This document shows positions 60,696-64,000 of a stretch of 64,000 nt of DNA, in pieces. Source of the stretch: Alphaproteobacteria bacterium (GTDB lineage: Bacteria; Pseudomonadota; Alphaproteobacteria; MPNO01; UBA830). How positions within the stretch are numbered: position 1 is the first letter of the stretch; each line of letters opens with the position of its first letter. The translations under genes were made by a program, and so were the position numbers. Where the stretch lies: positions 18,980 to 82,979 of the forward strand of contig JAYQSP010000007.1 of NCBI GenBank assembly GCA_038146925.1. The letters are read 5' to 3'. Below the pieces are notes generated by a model that saw only the letters and a program-made list of their open reading frames with translations, was not told the origin of the DNA and did no database searches.

Positions 60696-60783
60696 TCCCC
60701 TCGCCCCAGCGGGGAGGGGGTTAGGGAGAGGGGAAAAAAGCCTGTATCACCCTCTCCCTGGCCCTCCCCCTCAAGGGGGAGGG
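60696..60783. repeat. cluster of three REP-like palindromes (CCCCTCGCCCC/GGGGAGGGGG; GGGAGAGGGG...CCCCTCTCCC; CCCTCCCCCT-CAA-GGGGGAGGGG)
   Basis: Three tandem GC-rich hairpins between two minus-strand genes; same motif family as 2880-2907. Confidence 0.6.
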
Positions 60784-60801
60784 GACCGACAATGGCGCCG
60801 C

Positions 60802-61968
60802 CTAAGGCGAGTCGTTCGATCGTTTGAAAGGAGACAGTTCGGACAGCGAATCCATCTCGTGCGCGACGCCGCGGCGTTCGCGGTCGACGAAATCGGCGAC
60901 GGCGCGGCGGAAGCCCTCGTCGCGGATCCAGTGGGCGCTGTAGGTGGCGGACGGCAGGTACCCGCGGCTGATCTTGTGCGGGCCCTGGGCGCCGGCCTCG
61001 ACTTTGGAGAGGCCGTTTTCGATCGCGAACTCGATGCCGCGGTAAAAGCAGGCCTCGAAGTAGAGCATCCTGAAGCGTTCGGAACATCCCCAGTTGCGGC
61101 CCCACAGCGTGTCCGGGCCGCGCAGGTTCAGCGCCCCGGCGACGTAATCGCCTTCATGGCTGGCCATGACGAGGACGACGTTGTCGGCCATGCGCTCGCG
61201 CAGCAGCTGGAAGAACTCGTAATTCAGATAGGCGTGGGCCCATTTGCGGTCCACGGTGTTGAGGTAGAAATGATAGAACGCCTGCATGTGCCGCTCGGTC
61301 AGGGCGTCGCCGGTCAGCACCTCGATGTCGACGGCGGCGTTTGCGGCCTCGCGCTCCTTGCGGATCATCTTGCGCTTGCGCGAATTGAGCGAGGCGAGGA
61401 AGTCGTCGAAGGTCCCGAAGTCCTGGTTCCGCCAGTGAAACTGCTGGCCCTGGCGCTGCAGAAAGCCGATCTCGCCCAGATCGTTATATTCGTCCTCCGG
61501 CGTGAAGGTGATGTGCAGCGACGAAACCTCGTGCTGCTTGGCGAGCTCCAGCAGGCCGGCGGCGAGCAGGCGCCGGGTATGGGATTTATCCTCGCCGTCG
61601 CGGACCAGCAGGCGGGGGCCGGTGACCGGCGAGAACGGCACCGAGACCTGCAGCTTCGGATAATACTGCCCGCCGGCGCGCTCATAGGCATCGGCCCAGC
61701 CCCAGTCGAACACGTATTCGCCGTGGGAATGGTTTTTCAGGTAGCAGGGTGCCGCGCCGATCAGCCCGCCGCCGGTATCCTCGATCACGACATGCTGGGG
61801 CAGCCAGCCGGTCTCGCCGCAGGCGGCGGACGAATCCTCCAGCGTCCTGAGAAACGTATGCGACACGAAGGGGTTCTCGGGCCCGGCGCAGGCATCCCAG
61901 TCGGCGGCCGAAACCTCGCCCAGCGAAGAGAGGACTTTGACGGTAACTGTCTCGCCGCCGTCGGGCAT
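60802..61968 (-). CDS. GNAT-fold N-acyltransferase (COG3146/FemAB-like)
   Basis: 388 aa; family resemblance to FemAB-like N-acyltransferases. Confidence 0.55.
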   Translation of the reverse strand: MPDGGETVTVKVLSSLGEVSAADWDACAGPENPFVSHTFLRTLEDSSAACGETGWLPQHVVIEDTGGGLIGAAPCYLKNHSHGEYVFDWGWADAYERAGGQYYPKLQVSVPFSPVTGPRLLVRDGEDKSHTRRLLAAGLLELAKQHEVSSLHITFTPEDEYNDLGEIGFLQRQGQQFHWRNQDFGTFDDFLASLNSRKRKMIRKEREAANAAVDIEVLTGDALTERHMQAFYHFYLNTVDRKWAHAYLNYEFFQLLRERMADNVVLVMASHEGDYVAGALNLRGPDTLWGRNWGCSERFRMLYFEACFYRGIEFAIENGLSKVEAGAQGPHKISRGYLPSATYSAHWIRDEGFRRAVADFVDRERRGVAHEMDSLSELSPFKRSNDSP

Positions 61969-61977
61969 CGGCGCGCG

Positions 61978-62442
61978 CTACTCTATCTCGAAAATGGCGT
62001 CGACTTCGACCGCCGCGCCGCCGGGCAGGGAGGCCACCACCACCGCGAAGCGCGCATGCTTGCCGGCGTCCTCGCCCATCACTTCGATCAGCAGGTCGGA
62101 GACGCCGTTGACGACCGCGGGTGGCTGAGTGAAATCCGGCGGCGCGTTCACGAAGCCGCCCAGCTTGACGGCCTTGGCGCGGTCGATGTCGTCGCCGACG
62201 CAGGCCTTGAGCTGCGCCAGAATGTTGAGCCCGCAGAGCCGCGCCGCGGCGTAGCCGTCTTCCACCGACAGGTCGCCGCCGACCTTGCCGGTCGCGCTTT
62301 CATCGCCCGTGATCGACACCTGGCCGGCGATGAACACCTGATTGCCGGACCGGCGGTAGGGCACGTAATTGGCCGACGGCACGGGGGCGTCGGGCAGGGT
62401 GATGCCAAGCTCTGCGAGGCGTTGATCGATGCGTCCGGTCAT
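61978..62442 (-). CDS. RidA (YjgF/TdcF) family protein
   Basis: 154 aa; RidA-like chorismate-mutase fold. Confidence 0.7.
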   Translation of the reverse strand: MTGRIDQRLAELGITLPDAPVPSANYVPYRRSGNQVFIAGQVSITGDESATGKVGGDLSVEDGYAAARLCGLNILAQLKACVGDDIDRAKAVKLGGFVNAPPDFTQPPAVVNGVSDLLIEVMGEDAGKHARFAVVVASLPGGAAVEVDAIFEIE

Positions 62443-62663
62443 GCTGTTTCTCCATTGTTCGGGCCGAGCCTAGCGGTCTGCTGCGGGGCGATCCAGTCTT
62501 CAAAATATTCAAACGATATCAAAGGTTTGCGTTTTGACGTTTCGTTAACCATATGTCTATTGATTCTCCGTCATACTGGACGCAAACGCGGGAAATGCGA
62601 TACTGTCGCCCGGTTCATTAACCATTTTTCACCGTCCGGCGGCAGCCGTCAGCAGAGGTACGT

Positions 62664-63020
62664 ATGACCATAGGCACCAGATTATTCACGTGGCTGAACG
62701 GCGTGCAGGTCGGGACCGATTCCCAGGGCAATACTTATTACCGCGGCAAGCGGACCGCCAGGGGCGCGCGCGAAAAGCGCTGGGTCGTCTACGACGGCAG
62801 GGTCGAAGCGTCGCGCGTACCGCCGGCATGGCATTCCTGGCTGCACCACACTACCGACGACATTCCGGAAGACGATGTCGGGCGGCGCTGGGACTGGCAG
62901 AAGGAGCACCAGCCGAACATGACCGGCACCGACCAGGCGTATAGTCCGCCGGGACACGTTCTGAAGGGCGGGCAACGGGCGCCCGCGACGGGCGATTACG
63001 AACCCTGGCAGCCTTCCTGA
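62664..63020 (+). CDS. NADH:ubiquinone oxidoreductase subunit NDUFA12-like protein
   Basis: 118 aa; W/Y-rich NDUFA12 (B17.2) family pattern conserved in alphaproteobacteria. Confidence 0.7.
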   Translation: MTIGTRLFTWLNGVQVGTDSQGNTYYRGKRTARGAREKRWVVYDGRVEASRVPPAWHSWLHHTTDDIPEDDVGRRWDWQKEHQPNMTGTDQAYSPPGHVLKGGQRAPATGDYEPWQPS

Positions 63021-63058
63021 ACTGTCCGGCCGCACCGAGCTAAGGAGACCGAGGGCGC

Positions 63059-63523
63059 ATGCGCAAAAACCTTATTGAAACCGTGATGGGCGGCGTCGTG
63101 CTGATCGTTGCGGCGCTATTCATCGTATTCGCCTACAGCAAGGCCGAAGTCGGCAAGGTCGAAGGTTACGAAATCAAGGCCAAGTTCGATCGGATCGACG
63201 GCATCCTGGCAGGCTCGGACGTCCGCATGAGTGGTATCAAGATCGGCACGGTCACTTCGTCGGCGCTGGATCCGAAGACCTACTTCGCCAACGTCTCGAT
63301 GAATATCCGCTCCGATATCAGGATACCGGAAGACACTTCGATCGCGGTCTCGTCCGACGGGCTGCTGGGCGACAAGTTTCTGGCGCTGTCGCCCGGGGGC
63401 GCGGACGAGATGCTGCCGCCGGGCGGCGAGATCACGACCACCCAGGGGTCGATCGACCTGATGGGGCTCGTCGGCCAGATGATTTTCAGCCAGACCAACA
63501 AGGACGGCGAGAAGGGCAATTAG
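63059..63523 (+). CDS. mlaD: outer-membrane lipid asymmetry maintenance protein MlaD (MCE domain)
   Basis: N-terminal TM helix plus MCE domain; 154 aa. Confidence 0.7.
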   Translation: MRKNLIETVMGGVVLIVAALFIVFAYSKAEVGKVEGYEIKAKFDRIDGILAGSDVRMSGIKIGTVTSSALDPKTYFANVSMNIRSDIRIPEDTSIAVSSDGLLGDKFLALSPGGADEMLPPGGEITTTQGSIDLMGLVGQMIFSQTNKDGEKGN

Positions 63524-63556
63524 GCCCGCCTCGATCCCGCCTTGTTTTCCGGGGAA

Positions 63557-63979
63557 TCATTGCCCATGACGCGCCCGGCGATCTGCGCACTGTTGTTTGT
63601 AGCGGCGTTCTGGCCGGCCATGGCGCTCGCCCAGGCGTCGCCGAATCCCGATGCGACCCAGGCGCAGGCGCCCGCCGCCGCCGTGCTGCAGGGGCTCGAC
63701 AAGATCACGGCGCGGATCACGGAGATCGTGGCGCCGGTGGGAGAGACGGTCCGGTTCGGAACGCTGGATATCACGGTGCGGAAATGCCACAAGCGCCCGC
63801 CGACCGAAACGCCCGAGACCACGGTCTATCTGGAAATTCGGGAACGCCGTCTGGGCGAAAGCGCGGTCGACCTGTTCGCGGGCTGGATGTTCGCGTCCAG
63901 CCCGGCAGCCGCTTCGGTCGAGCATCCGGTCTACGATGTCTGGGTGGTCGACTGCAGAAGAGCTTCGAGTTCCGGCTGA
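63557..63979 (+). CDS. DUF2155-like secreted protein
   Basis: Signal peptide ICALLFVAAFWPAMALA; conserved partner downstream of mlaD in alphaproteobacteria. Confidence 0.55.
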   Translation, partial: SLPMTRPAICALLFVAAFWPAMALAQASPNPDATQAQAPAAAVLQGLDKITARITEIVAPVGETVRFGTLDITVRKCHKRPPTETPETTVYLEIRERRLGESAVDLFAGWMFASSPAAASVEHPVYDVWVVDCRRASSSG

Positions 63980-64000
63980 GAGATTTCCGGAGGGAAAGAC

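Noticed and set aside
1-64000. CRISPR arrays, transposases, integrases, restriction or defence-system hallmarks
   Set aside because: Scanned for direct-repeat/spacer periodicity and for nuclease, helicase or integrase-like ORFs; none found in this window

Overview
High-GC alphaproteobacterial chromosome segment with two distinct parts. Roughly 1-24.8 kb is an accessory-looking aromatic/hydroaromatic acid catabolic region: three single-subunit Rieske oxygenases (two of them close paralogs), a cis-diol-type SDR, a VOC/glyoxalase-fold protein, an amidohydrolase-2 (LigW/ACMSD-like) decarboxylase, two PhtD/NMT1-like proteins, a CMD decarboxylase, two class II aldolase/adducin-fold proteins, an AroE-like dehydrogenase, Zn- and Fe-dependent alcohol dehydrogenases, a COG0523 metallochaperone and a Cys-elbow alpha/beta hydrolase. 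Two PEP-CTERM secreted proteins are interspersed, one of them frameshifted, and the region ends at a tRNA-Val gene. No transcriptional regulator and no Rieske reductase or ferredoxin partner is visible. From about 25 kb onward the content is conserved housekeeping: glmU, glmS, gabD, gor, a class II DAHP synthase, nadE, a citramalate/isopropylmalate synthase homolog, rpsD, grxD, bolA, purL, purQ, purS, slyX, galU, ugd, a phosphomannomutase, clpS, clpA, mlaD, and a REC-HK hybrid preceded by an Hpt protein that carries a receiver remnant. Many long ORFs in the track are antisense artefacts of high GC and were rejected. Observations flagged for follow-up are an unusual CMD/aldolase/PhtD-like/aldolase/AroE-like operon, a small C-terminal-CC ORF hidden inside a 723-aa antisense ORF, a Zn-ADH/COG0523 pair, REP-like CCCCTCCCCC/GGGGGAGGGG palindromes and a 460-bp gene-free structured region downstream of clpA. 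No CRISPR array, transposase, integrase or phage-defence hallmark was seen.
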